Both the position numbers and the translations under genes were made by a program. Shown one piece after another: positions 38,470 through 51,368 of a stretch of DNA of 64,000 nt; position 1 is the stretch's first letter; every line of letters starts with the position of its first letter. Source of the stretch: Octopus vulgaris (Eukaryota); NCBI GenBank assembly GCA_951406725.2, contig OX597820.1:72230001-72294000 (forward strand). Reading direction: 5' to 3'. The notes beneath the pieces are model-generated. The model did not search any database and was not told the DNA's origin. It saw only the letters and a list, made by a program, of their open reading frames with translations.

Positions 38470-41400
38470 CTGAAAATGAAAATAACTTGGCTAAAGACAT
38501 CACATCAAAGTAAATTAATAAAAATACACACAGGTTTTAATTAACTTAGAGAACATTATACAAACTATTTTTTATCTTCATTAGGTGGGTCAAAGACTCT
38601 AAAAACATGAAAGCTTAGCCATAGATTCCACATCTTGGTGTGCTCTACTTTTACTTTACATAGGCCTCTGATGTACTTCTAGGCATCTTATATCCATTTT
38701 GTGGTAATGCTGAGGCATCACCTTGAAGGGTTTTAGCCAAGCAAATTGCTCCCAGTACTATTTTTTTTTAAAGTTTGGTGCTTTTACCATCAATTCCTTT
38801 TGCCAAACTTAAGTTTAGGAAATGTAAACAAACTGCAGTTGCTAAGTAGTGTAGAGATCAAACACACACACATCTATAAATAGCAGGAGTCCAACATTGA
38901 TCAAAGGCATTTGCCCATGGTGCTGCACAGTGGGACTGAACCTGAAACCACGTGGCTGCAAAAGTGAGCTCCTTAACCACACAACCATGCCCGTACCTAC
39001 ACCACATATTTTGAAACCAAATCACCCATTGAGTTAAACGCGGGAGCGAATAAAAACTAATTCATTTTCAGAAAATGAGTCACTGAACATGTGGGTAACA
39101 GTTGTTACACCCAACCTGTTACATAATAACCATCAACAAATATTCAGCCTTTATATTAAATGTTAGAATCAAAACAATAAAGGGAAAATAATCTCTTTTT
39201 TAATACATATTGACAGTATATTTTACACATTGAAGACCAAAAACTAATTTTGTTTTTGTAGCTGCATATGTCTCTTTAGAATTGATTTAATTATTCAGAT
39301 ATTCAAGTTCATTCACCATAATGCAATGAACAGAGTCGGTGGGGGGAGATAGATGTTAAAAACCCAAATAATTCAGTCATTGTAAAGAAAAAATTTACAA
39401 AATTACTTGAACACTCACTCTAACAAAAGCACTTTTTTGTGCTCATTATTAAAGGAACAAAACAACTCACCGTATCCCTCATCATACTGTCCCCCAGCGC
39501 CGTAATCATAATATTGTGAGTCCCTACGAAGGAAAACAAACAATATTTTTATGCTTTTTTTTTTGTATTTCATTTTTACAATTATATATTTCATAAAAAA
39601 GCGTTTCAAACATTAACCTTTTAGCATTATTCATGTTAGTCACTTAAATGTAATGCTTATTTATTCAGATTGTTTTGAATTAATCATGCGTTATCTCATT
39701 AACTACTTCAATGATGTAATTGTTCAGTTTTAGGATGATATTGCAAGAGAGTTGTGAGGGTCAAATCTGGCCAGGCTGAACATAATACAAGTAAAACATT
39801 TTGGCTGGACATGGAAGGTTTAAATGCTAAAGTATCAAAGTGACATTTGCAGATTTCATACATTTTTTATAAATGTGTAAGCCAGTTGCAAGACCAGAAT
39901 TACTAAGACTTCCAGCAAAGGTTTTTTTTTTTAAATATCAGAAGGGGCTTGAAATGTGAGCAGCCTTGTGATTTAAGGCAAAGAAATCTATTCAAATTTT
40001 GACTCCACAGAGTGACCCCAGCTGATCCAGACCTGTAGATATATTCATATAAACATGTGCACGTATATGTAAACACAAACACAAGTATATGTTTATATAG
40101 TTATATATGTTTATATATATATATATGATACACTTACACACACATATATACTTTTTAAAAAAAAACTTATACCAGGCTCTGGAGACACAGATACATAAAT
40201 TCACCTGAGCACTATGTACCTGGAGAACTTTACTGTCCGGTCAAATATAGAAATACAACACTATCTGCCAGAAAATACTTCTGGCTTCCAGTATATTTCA
40301 GACAATAACGTCTGAGTACTTTACATACTGACCATAGAGAGAAAAAAGAAAAAGTTTATTAAGACTGGATAATGAACAAATACTGTACTGTTTTATCTAA
40401 AGACAGCTGTTTTAAAACCAAAATGTTAACTAAAATTCAAAAGGAGAAATAATTCTAGATACGAGGAACAAGAGACAACTTTAGTTGTTAACCATACCAT
40501 ATGGAATGGTATAGAATTATTACAATGGTTTTATTATGTAAACAATAAACATGACTAAGATAGTGAACACAGTAAATATTATGTGCTAACAATTACTAAA
40601 TTAGCCAACAATTGCCAAATTGAAAAACTGACACAAGAAAACTTACAAAATATTAGGATGATTATCAGATTGAAATTAATGTTCTCTTTGTTTTAATTCC
40701 ATTCGCATCTAGTACACTTTATAAGAATATAAATTAACTCCCAGCAATTAACTGAACCGAGCAGGCTTTGAACTCAGAACAGAGCCATAACTACCATGCA
40801 TTTTATCAGATGCCTTAACACTTTTGCTAATCACTACCAATTAAATGTATTTGCACAGAAAAGAAAAAATTAAAATGCTGTGGCAAATTGTACCTAAGCT
40901 AATAGCAATACACATTATGTGATGAAAGACTACAAAAGATGTGTAAAAATTAAAAAATTGACAATATACTTACACTTGGCCATATGACTGATCACCATAA
41001 CCACCTTCATAACCACTTTGATCTCCATAACCTTCATTATAACTTTGATCATATCCCTGTGGAAATTGAATAATGCTAGTTGTAGACACACATTTACATA
41101 GCTTCAGAGAGTCAATTAAAAAAAAAGCAACAATTAATTATATGGTCACAAAGAGACAGCTTATGAGGACAAAAATGAACATTAATTGGTTTTTTATAGG
41201 CCAATAATTTGTTTAATTGTACTTACTTTTGCTTCATTAAATTCAAAATTGTTTATTATCAGACCAGCAACAAACTTTTGCTGGTATCAACACTTTATAA
41301 TTAATCAGATTTACTACAAAAAGCCTGGATAATCTAATTCAGTGGAAACACAAAGCAAAAGTAAACAGTCAGTTTGAAAGGAAATCAATTGACCAGAGAT

Positions 41401-44400
41401 TATAAACTAGATCTAATCTGAAAATTATTTGGCACTGTGTAGAAAATAAACAGCAAAAAGGAAAAGTATTATAATGACATGTAACACTAACTTGAATTAG
41501 TTGCATAAGGTAATTCTAGTATCTAATCTAGTGATTTAGTGTTTAAAAATATATACTAACATAGTCATCATAGCTTTGTTCCATGGGTGGTGGCACTTGT
41601 GGAGCAGGTGCTGCCCGACCTCTGCCAGCCGCCATACCCCCTCTTGGTGGACCACCTCTTGATGGGGGTGTACCACGTCCTGCAGGAGCACCCCTCGTAG
41701 GAGGTGGAATAGCACCACCCCTGATAAAACAGAAAAAAAAAGATAAATCAGAGAATGTCTTAAGTACATAATATGTTAAAAAAATTGAAACATGTCCGAA
41801 TAAAAACTGTTTTAGTTTATAAAAGACAAATGAAAACTAAAGGGCAGAGGAGAGAAGAACCAAGAAAAACTTCATTTTACCTGCCAGCGGGACCACCTCT
41901 TCCAGCAGGAGACGTTAGAAGACCACCCCGTGGTGCCCCTCGGGGCGTCTGTCCGGGAGCACCTCTGCCACGACCTCGACCACGACCACCATCACCACCA
42001 TTTAAATACATCAATTCTTGAAGTTGCTGTTGACGGATTTCATCATTGTAATCATTCTGCAACAGCAAAAATGTAGAATATACATAAAAAATAAAACAGC
42101 ATGTGAATAACCAATAAGACAGAAATAAGTTTACAATCAATTAATAAAAAAAAAAGGGGGAGGCGGAAGCTCCACAAAAAAAAGAAAACACTCAACTCAC
42201 CGGAATTAAATACTTCTGTAATTCAGTGAAAGCATGTGCCATTCTTTGATATGCATCTGATGCTTCTGCATAAACTTCTACAAGAACATGAAGATCTTCA
42301 TTTAAGTGGGTATATTTTCCACCTTTCTTTCTTAACTCATCTTCCTATGATTAAGAGAAACAAGTAATATTAAAATATCCGTCAATAGACCATACATACA
42401 TGAGAAAGAAAAAACAAACAAAACAAAAAAACTAGCTATTACTTGAATGGCTAAATGGTAATATTGGGAGGTGGCAAATAAATTCTTTCAATTTTATTTT
42501 TATTTTTTTCTACTGGGCACCCTATCATCGTGTCTGTAAAGGGGTAAACAACATTCGTCCAAATTTTAAAAATATACAGAAGTTGTAGAGGAATAAGAGT
42601 TAAAAAGAAAAAAAAAAAACTTTAAAAGCACTATGATAAAAATATTCTTTGTATTAATTCAATTAACACTAAAAAGGGTCTAAATAGAATGAAGAAAAAA
42701 AACAAAAAACGAAGGAATTTATCTGACAACTTAATTTTGAAAACAATGAGACACTACAAATTGACAATGAAAATTCAATAATTACTAAGTATTTTTTTAA
42801 AACACACAACATATAAATCACAATAATTCCAGTTAAAAGTAATAAGGATAATTTAACCAATCTACCTACCTTATCTTTGTCTCTCATTGAACCTTTACCA
42901 AGTATAGACATTTTTGTCATTGTTTCTTCCTGTAGTCTTTTTAACGAATTACCTTTTGGTCCTAATAACTTTCCCACAAAATTGAACTGAAGAGTATATA
43001 AAATCAGAATATATTACATTGGGTTCAATTTTATATCGATGAATATCAGTTATAGATATTGTCCAGTCAAACAGAAACTGATAGGTCTAAGTACAAAGAA
43101 TTTATTAACTTCGTACACTGCCAAGAAACATGCAGTCAAAAGTTACAGAAACCGCCGTGACATCTCTCCAAACCATTGGAATTCCTAACCGAAATATTGC
43201 CAAAATTACTGACTAAACTAGTCCTAGTTTAAATGAAATGGTCATAAAAATTATGTAAGAAAAGAATTTATAATACTATTTAACAAACCAAATAAACATT
43301 CTTAACTAAAATATTTAAATTCTGTTCCAAACGATAATATTAAGTGTTGCTAACATTTATAGTTTATCTACAATGTTTTGGACAAGATCTAAGTACTTTC
43401 TACACTTGAGAGAAATTTAAGATTTCTTTTTTAATATATTGTGAAATAATCCTCTTTCTGTATAAATTTATCCAAGTATAAGAGTTTAAAATTATTTTAA
43501 AACACGATCCTTAATTCAGATATTCAATTATTTGATTATTGCTGAACAGTGGCGAGAAAACGAAAACCGATACAGAATTAAAGACGGACACACACACACA
43601 CAGATAGTAATAACAATAATAAAATGAAAGTAACAACTAAAATACCTTGGGAAATTCTTTAACAGGAATCTTGATTTTACACGAGTGTTTGTATGGTTTT
43701 CCAGTGTGTATTTCAAAACATGGTATATTTTTTTCATCTTTTTGTGAACCAGCTGGTGCATTCCCTGATTGAACTCTTTCTATTTCTAAAGAACAGATTT
43801 CTAATAATCAGGTTACAAGTGGTTATCAGAAAATTAAAGAAGAGTATGTGTTTGTGGGTTTTTTCATTTAAAAAAAAAAAAAAAAGAAAAAAAGTCAACA
43901 ATTTAAACACTAAAATCAAACATTTAAAGTTCGAAGAAATATTCATTGAAGCAAACAAAAAGTTTTCTCTATCCTGCAGGAAATACGCTAACAAAATACG
44001 AGAAAGTATTTGCAAAAGACACAAAAAAAGTGTAAAACATCATCGAAGATTTATATAAAGTTTGCAATAAAATAGCCAGTGCTTACCTGAAATGAGCAAC
44101 ATAGATTAGCTATAAGTTAAAGAGTATCCGATCAAAACACACAGCTTGCTTCAACAGACACGGAAATAGTGACTGCTTATTTATCAAGCTTCGTTTGAGA
44201 GGATGTTGATGTGTAAGTTGGCAGACAATCAATGAAGGTGTGTAAAAGTTTACGTGAGCGGTGATAGCCTTGTGTCAGCATCAAATCTTGAAAGGCAGGC
44301 GTGCGTGATAAGGAAGCTAGTCTATTAAGAGACGAGTAGTGCTTTTCCTCAAGGGTTACACACTTGCAGCCAGCAGCACTGCAAGATTACCTCTCTCCGC

Positions 44401-47400
44401 TGTAAAATACTGCAGTCGCACGCAAGCGGGCATCTACAACACACACTGGCTAACTAAAGCTTAAAAAAAAAAAATACTATATACATATGTGTATATATAT
44501 ATGTATATTTATATACGTATGTATATCACTGTTCGAGTGTATTAAAAGGCTGAAGTGTCACATACGGCAAGCTGGTTGAGATTTATACAAAAATTATAAC
44601 GGAAGCAGATTAACCTCTTTTATTTTATTAATATATAGATATACGAGTATGTGGGTGTGTGTGTGTAAGCGAGTGCGCGTGTGAGTATGCGTGTTAGCTA
44701 TGGTTGTTTATATAGCAGTGTACCTGCGGAAGAGCAGATAGTTGGTTGGAAATAAATAAAAACACTCAAAAGAAAATGAGTGAATGAATGAGTAAAAAAA
44801 AAGTGAACATTCGCAGTTAACCAGAGCTTTATATATAGATGTGTATGCATGTACGTACACACACACATATATACACGCATAACAGTGGAAGAAGAGACAG
44901 AGCGAGCGAGTGATGGAGAGAGAGAGAGAACGTTGATGCGCTGCATTAACGGCTGATGATGATCGGTGAATGTACTACGTACGGAAGGGCTACAACAATA
45001 ATAACAGCATCATCTCTTCCTCCTCCTCCTCCTTCTGCTCTTCACCGCCACCGCCGCCACCACCACCACCACCGTCGTCGTCAGGAGTGCAACGGCGACC
45101 ACCGTGCTGCACACACAGCCAGGAAATAGTAGGATTACTATTAACCATAACGGAACGGTGCCGTCAAAAATGACGGATGATAATAAGAAGAATTCTTAAT
45201 CACACACATTCTTTTAAAGATTTCGGCTTTTTCTTGTATTTTCTTTACGGGGGAAGGTGAGGGGGGGAAGTGTTTCACCGTTCGATCTCTGTTCTTTTTC
45301 TTTCTTTCTCTCCACTGATGTGGGAGGAAGTAAAATGAATTAAATTACATAGGGAAATAACGATAGGGGACAAATTTCGCTGGGATTCTTCCTACTACAT
45401 TAAACAACACATATTTATAGTCAAGGGAAGAAGGATAAACCGTGTTAGAGGACCAAAATTTTTTGCATTTTATTCCTTTTTTTTTTTTTCTTTTCAAATC
45501 TAAATTATTCTCAGAATGAAATGGAAGGCAATTATTAAATTTTAAATTACACTTTCGCCTTTCTTCTTTTGAAGAATGATTTTCTTAGGAAAAAATTGAA
45601 GATATTTAAATATTTGTTTTGATTAAAAATAGATTATCAGACTACCAACATACATATATATACAGATAGATAGCAAGATAGAGATATGTGGCATAACTAC
45701 ACAAGTGTGCCCCTGTTCACACACGTTTATACATATACATTTATGACATGACTATACAAGTGTGCCTTCATCTGTGCGTGTATATATGGGTGAATGTATG
45801 TATAAATACACATATCTAAATTACATACACACACACACATAAATACAAATACATACATACATACACATATATATATACATACACATATATATATACATAC
45901 ACATATATATATACATACACATATATATATACATACACATATATATATATACATACACATATATATATATATATATGTATAAAAAAAATATAATATATAC
46001 ACATATATATATATATATATACATACAAAAAATATATATATAAAAAAAATACACACATATATATATATACATACACATATATATATATACATACATATAT
46101 ATATATAATACACATATATATATATATACATACACATATATATATATACATACACACACACACATAAATACAAATACATACATACATACACATATATATA
46201 TATATATACACACATATATATATATACATACACATATATATATACATACACATATATATATACATACACATATATATATATATACATACACATATATATA
46301 TATATACATACACATATATATATACATACACATATATATATACATACATATATATATATACGTACATATACATACACATATATATACATACATACATATA
46401 CATACACATATATATACATACACATACACAAATATACATACATATATATATACAGATATACATACACATATATACATACATATATATATATACACATATA
46501 CACACATACATACATATACACACATACATACACATATACACATATATATATACATATACACATACATATACACATATACATACACATATATACATACACA
46601 TATACATACACATATATACATACACATATACATATACACATATACATACACATTTATATATATATATATATATATACATACACATATATAAATACAATAT
46701 ATAAATACACAGAAGAACAAAGGACACACGTGGCGGCGTTGAAAAAGATTCCAGAAAAAGTATATACACATTTTATTTTATTTATTCATTCCAGAGTGAA
46801 TGTATAATGAAAATGCGTCGATTGCACTTCGAAAAAGTGATCAAACATTTATAAATCTAACGTCAAAAGCCATTATTGCATCGCTCTTGATTTCCAGGTG
46901 TCCATAAAACAAGGTTGAAGAGACAAGAGTGGAAGAGACAAGGCATTTCATAAGAACAAGCAGCTTAGGTGACATTCAATGAACACCATCGACTGTCGGT
47001 CAATGCTTTTGGTTGATTGATAAAATATAGAGGAGCTAAGGCAGCAGAGAAGAGATAAATGTAAGGAAGAAGCACTGGGAGACGACAGACAGTAAACTGC
47101 TATGACAGTTATAGCAGCGGAGAGCCGCCACATCTCTCAAAAACAACATTCTACCAAAATTATTTTACAAAATAAGTCAGCCATTTTAGAAAATTTTCGA
47201 CAGATACTTCGTGATGCTTATCATAGTTTCAATAAATATGAATAATAAACATAAAGCAAGTGGGGATTTGAAAGAAAAAAAAAAAACGGGAAATAGGGAA
47301 GCAGATGAAAAAAAAAAAAATCTAAATGAATAAAACTAGGTTATAGATAGCCATGTGCGAGATAACGAGATCAGTCATGTTTACTGCATGTTCTGGCAGA

Positions 47401-47935
47401 ATTCGTTAGAGAAAAATGTTCAAATTTGTGATTTATTTACTCAATATTGAAGACAACATGTAGGAAGGTGATAACTTAAATATAAGATGGAGACTGGGTC
47501 ACGCCGATCGGAAAAAAAACAGCATGACTGAATACAACGCTGTAGTTGTCGTGTTCTGTGATGAATAAAGTATAATATTTACACCTTAGCTTAACCACCA
47601 AGCCATTTGCTAGCCTTTCGTATTAATATCGGCTATTAGTAGTAAGATAAAGAGTATATAAGCTGCCAGAACAATCTATTTCATCTACTATCAGTTAGAA
47701 CATAAATGAAATGACAAGCAGTATACCGGTAAATATGGCCGACCTCAGTCTCATACAAGCAATATGGACCATTATAACAGCAACTATCACGTAAAAAAAG
47801 ATAATATTATTACATACCTTCAGTTATTAATCGAGCAGCATGAGAAGAGGGAGAAAGTGATGTAACTTCGGCTTGAAGTTCATCAAGATATGTATTGTTT
47901 TGCATCTGTTGTTGAGCGTCTTCTTCAACCATCAT
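38357..47935 (-). CDS. KHDRBS: KHDRBS (Sam68/SLM1/SLM2-like) STAR-family KH RNA-binding protein, 9 coding exons, 367 aa; join complement(47818-47935, 43646-43785, 42870-42986, 42201-42344, 41881-42056, 41561-41720, 40974-41056, 39471-39523, 38357-38469)
   Basis: Manual splicing gives an open 1104-nt frame with GT-AG introns and matching phases. Motifs: [25 protein letters not shown] (QUA1), [30 protein letters not shown] (maxi-KH, GPKG loop), [11 protein letters not shown] (QUA2), RGG/Pro-rich, Tyr-rich, and [15 protein letters not shown] matching the Sam68/SLM C-terminus. Paralog number (1/2/3) is not assignable. Confidence 0.96.
38715..39000 (-). mobile_element. Decayed tRNA-derived SINE in KHDRBS intron 8
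   Basis: gtgggactgaacctgaaaccacgtgg..ttaaccacacaaccatgcc matches the reverse of the SINE head. Confidence 0.75.
39471..39523 (-). CDS. KHDRBS: KHDRBS exon 8 ([17 protein letters not shown])
   Basis: CCTTCGTAG acceptor, G|GTGAGT donor; YYDYG motif of the Sam68/SLM Tyr-rich tail. Confidence 0.93.
40974..41056 (-). CDS. KHDRBS: KHDRBS exon 7 ([27 protein letters not shown]), Tyr-rich
   Basis: TTCCACAG acceptor, GT|GTAAGT donor, phase 2. Confidence 0.92.
41561..41720 (-). CDS. KHDRBS: KHDRBS exon 6 ([10 protein letters not shown]...[11 protein letters not shown])
   Basis: TTATCAG acceptor, TAT|GTTAGT donor; RG/Pro-rich frame continuous with exon 5. Confidence 0.92.
41881..42056 (-). CDS. KHDRBS: KHDRBS exon 5 ([20 protein letters not shown] + RG/P-rich)
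   Basis: QUA2 motif; TTGCAG acceptor, CAG|GTAAAA donor, phase 2. Confidence 0.96.
42201..42344 (-). CDS. KHDRBS: KHDRBS exon 4 ([24 protein letters not shown]...ELQKYLIP)
   Basis: [14 protein letters not shown] motif; CATAG acceptor, CCG|GTGAGT donor. Confidence 0.97.
42870..42986 (-). CDS. KHDRBS: KHDRBS exon 3 ([39 protein letters not shown]), KH core
   Basis: STAR KH signature; TTCAG acceptor, AAG|GTAGGT donor; overlaps ORF 42669..42977. Confidence 0.98.
43646..43785 (-). CDS. KHDRBS: KHDRBS exon 2 (EIERVQSG...[11 protein letters not shown])
   Basis: TTTAG acceptor, AAG|GTATTT donor, 140 nt, phase 1 to 0. Confidence 0.93.
45820..46705. repeat. ~0.9-kb compound (TA)/(CA) microsatellite in KHDRBS intron 1
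   Basis: Directly visible; sub-period CATACACA(TA)n. Confidence 0.95.
47818..47935 (-). CDS. KHDRBS: KHDRBS exon 1 ([39 protein letters not shown]), QUA1
   Basis: ATG at 47935; donor GAAG|GTATGT, phase 1; resembles the Sam68 QUA1 helix pair. Confidence 0.9.
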
Positions 47936-48300
47936 TGCAACGGTACGTAGTAATAAGCCGAAGGAATTAAACACACTACTTGTGCAAAGCTTTGTTGTAG
48001 TAATTTATATATCCGAATTACAACTACAGTAAGCTGTCGCGATTGTATAAAATCCGTTATTATTTAGCACACAACGGAAAGCTGTTGTAAATATACAATT
48101 AGAATTTTGGTATTTATATTAGTGACAATATAGTAATTCTATTACTGCAAAGTATTGTATAAAATTAATTAAAATTAAACGGCGAATGAATACACTGACT
48201 ATTTTCCCGCCATTTCCAGAGCGCGATACTTGCATTACCAAGTGTAAATAGGGGCCCCTTGGTAGGAAAAAGGTTCAAATCAAACCGCCATCTTCTGTGG
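47936..48300 (-). promoter_or_regulatory. 5' UTR / core promoter region of KHDRBS with YY1-like and E2F-like motifs
   Basis: Repeat-free, locally CpG-enriched; CCGCCATCTT at 48285-48294, CCGCCATTT at 48207-48215 overlapping TTTCCCGC at 48203-48210. Confidence 0.55.
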
Positions 48301-49216
48301 CTATTTAACTATTGAAATCTCTGTTCTTCAATAAAAATTTGCAATGACCTTATCGGGAAATAAATGAATAAATTATTAGTAGTAGTCATGTTGTAAATAA
48401 AATGTTCCTTGTTTATATTTTGGCAACTGAACATCAGGATTATGAGTTAATAAAATTTACTGTTGAATTTTTCCCAATAAAATATTAAAGTTTTTTTTTT
48501 TATTATTATTATATTTCGTTTAATTTCCAACAATATGTTCAATTTCGATCTTTGTTTGTGGAAGTGTATGAATTTCTGGAAAGATGATATATAGTACTTT
48601 GAAGAATTTTGGAGACTGAACTGGTTTCCATATATTAGCTGCAAGGGGGAAAAAAATAATAAAGCTGGAAATAGAGATTGTTTATTTGTTATATAGTCTT
48701 TTTCTATTTATTTATTCTGATTCTGTGCTTATTCTGAAGAAAATAGAAAGAATACAGGAGATGGAATGTTTTCTGTGAGAACTGCAACTGCAACTAGAGT
48801 TATATAAGATGAGTGGCAGTCATGTGGCAGCATTCAGTCTCAACTTGAGCAATTGATGGTAACTCGCAACAATGAGGAATATATTTGGAAGAAAAAAATA
48901 AATAAATAAGCTAATTATATTAGAAGAAATATTATTCAGAAACTAAATTACAATTTCTGTTGTAAGTTCTTTCAATTCTTCTGACCATGGAGAAATTAAT
49001 TTCAAATTTGCTTTTGTTATAAAGCAATTATAGTTTTTAAACTTTTACTACATCATATCTTTTCCAATAAAATATACAGATTTATGAGTTTCAATTAATT
49101 TTGAATATATTTAAGAATTTAACCATATAGTGAAAAATGTGCTCTTCTTCACATATATGTAATTTTGGTTTCCATCTGATTGTATGGTGCCTTGATTAAG
49201 TGTCTTTCTCCATAAC

Positions 49217-49357
49217 CAGGGGCGGACTGAGAGTATTAAAGGCCCTTGGGCATAACTGTTTATCAGGCCCCTTAGCATTGATATCAGTAGAGTTAACATG
49301 TAGAGTGCGGGGCCCCTCAGGCAGTGCCCAATTGACTGAAGGCTCATTCCGCCCCTG
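49217..49357. mobile_element. hAT-type MITE, 141 bp
   Basis: TIR CAGGGGCGGA.TGA / TCA.TCCGCCCCTG; perfect 8-bp TSD TCCATAAC (49209-16, 49358-65). Confidence 0.92.
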
Positions 49358-50193
49358 TCCATAACCCTGAATTAAGTGTTGTGAAAGAAATTTGGTTGAG
49401 AGGAATGTGTAGAATTCTGCTAAATGTACCATTGCTGTTTTTTTAGTATAAGACTTTGTCCTGCTTAACCATGATAACTTAATACAATATTCAGAAGTTA
49501 TGAAATACAAATAAAATTAATATTATTCAGAAGTTTTCTAAATTACAATTTCTATCATTTATAAGTTGTTACAATACTTGGGACCAAAGTAAAATTTTGA
49601 ATTTTAAAATTCTCTTACATAGCAGTTATACTTTTTAAACTTTTTCTATATATTATATTTTAAACATTCCATGGCCATATTTGCAATAAAATATAAGTTC
49701 TAAGTTATTTGCATCTTAGGAATTTAGAATCTATGAGAGATGTGAAATAATTAATTTTGAGAAATGGAATTTGAATTAGATAAGATTATAAATGTAAAAT
49801 ATTGGTTTTAGATTTTGGTACAAGGATAGCAATTTGGTGGGAGGAAGTATGCTGATCACATCATCCCCAGTGTTCAGCTGGTACCTGTTTCATTGACCCT
49901 GAAAGGATGAAAGCAAAGTCAAACCTGGTGGAATTTTACCACAGAACACAAAGACAGGTGAAATGCCACTAAGTGTTTTGCCTGGCATGCTAATGGTTCT
50001 GACTGCTCCCCAACTTACAAACATGTAAAATATTGGGCTAAAAAAAAAAACCCTTTGGAAAGAAAAAGTCGAAGAGCAACCTTTATCTACTTTAAGCTAC
50101 ATTCCAAAGATGGGGCTTTGTATCTTTGTCAGAAACCAGCTCGTTCTTCCGAGGAACAATTTAAATGATTAAATACAGAAGAGACACATACAT

Positions 50194-50258
<65 letters not shown>

Positions 50259-50987
50259 TTATGGTTGCCCCCTTGTTATCGAGTATGGCCATTGCACAAA
50301 GCTTAACTGTTACTGGTGCTGTGATCGAATGTGACTTTTCAGCCCAGCTAACGATCTACAATGTCTAGTACAAAATTAGCAACTAAAATCTTTACTGGTA
50401 ATAGCCGGCTGTAGTTGTAACTGGGCTTCATGTACCTTTGCATGTCGTTTAAGTCCTCCTGCCGAATTACACTTTCATACATATATACATACATTCATAC
50501 ATACATACATACATACATACATACATACATACATACATACATACATACATACATACATGATGGCTGCCTACTCATTAGATGAGTATGACCATCACTGACA
50601 GGGAGTGTTGGCAATGCCCATGCAAGTGCAACTTGCACAACACTACAATGACCCTCACTAAGAATACCAAGAAGGTCAGAGACAAGCAAAGTGCAAAATA
50701 TCTGGATCAGTAGAGCAGTAGGAAGGCTAGAGGTCCCTCATTCCCAGTGGGCTTACTGCATCCTTGGACTTCAAACAGAGCATTTCTACATCCTGGTATA
50801 CATACATATATATGTACATACACATACATACACACACATACACATACATGCATACATATACACATACATACATACATATTCATACATACATACATGCACA
50901 CTCATACATATACACACATACATGCACACACACACATGCACACTCATACATGCAACCAAACATATACACGCATACATACATACATAA

Positions 50988-51368
50988 ATGGAGACGCAAT
51001 GGCCCAGTGGTTAGGGAAGCGGACTCGTGGTATAGGATTGCGGTTTCGATTCCCAGACCGGGCATTGTGAGCGTTTATTGAGAGAAAACACCTAAAGCTC
51101 CACGAGGGTCCGGTAGGGGGTGGCGGTGAACCCTACTGTACTCTTATCCTACAACTTTCTCTCACTCTTTCTTCGTGTTTATGTTGTACCTGTATTTCAA
51201 AGGGACAGCCTTATCACAGTCTGTGTCACGCTGAATCTCCCCGACAATTACGTTAAGGGTACACGTGTCTGTGGAGTGCTCAACCACTTGCATGTTAATT
51301 TCACGAGCAGGCTGTTCCGTTGATCGGATCAGCTGGAACCCTTGTCATTGTAACCAATGGAGTGCCAC
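50988..51368 (+). mobile_element. tRNA-derived SINE, third family
   Basis: tggcccagtggttag (A box) ... ggtttcgattccc (B box), followed by a non-tRNA body and (ACAT)n tail. Confidence 0.75.

Noticed and set aside
41583-42021. Plus-strand Pro/Gly-rich ORFs
   Set aside because: Antisense shadows of GC-rich KHDRBS exons 5 and 6
44391-44399. 9-nt in-frame microexon (ttttacAG|CGGAGAGAG|GTAATC, minus)
   Set aside because: Short pyrimidine tract and it lies inside the larger candidate exon; cannot be distinguished from chance
44970-45173. Poly-Ser/Pro 67-aa ORF
   Set aside because: Produced by triplet runs; no domain or splice support
45727-46771. 300+ aa ORFs in three frames (likewise ORFs at 8.8-9.6, 12.6-13.1, 26.8-27.3, 50.7-51, 52.6-53 and 59.7-60.1 kb)
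   Set aside because: Translations of TA/CA microsatellites, which lack stop codons by composition
48700-48900. Divergent plus-strand gene exon upstream of KHDRBS
   Set aside because: No sustained ORF or convincing splice pair; unsupported from sequence alone
50988-51063. Possible tRNA gene (also heads at 21148, 24677 and 52256)
   Set aside because: A and B boxes are present but no clean cloverleaf or terminator; each continues into a SINE body
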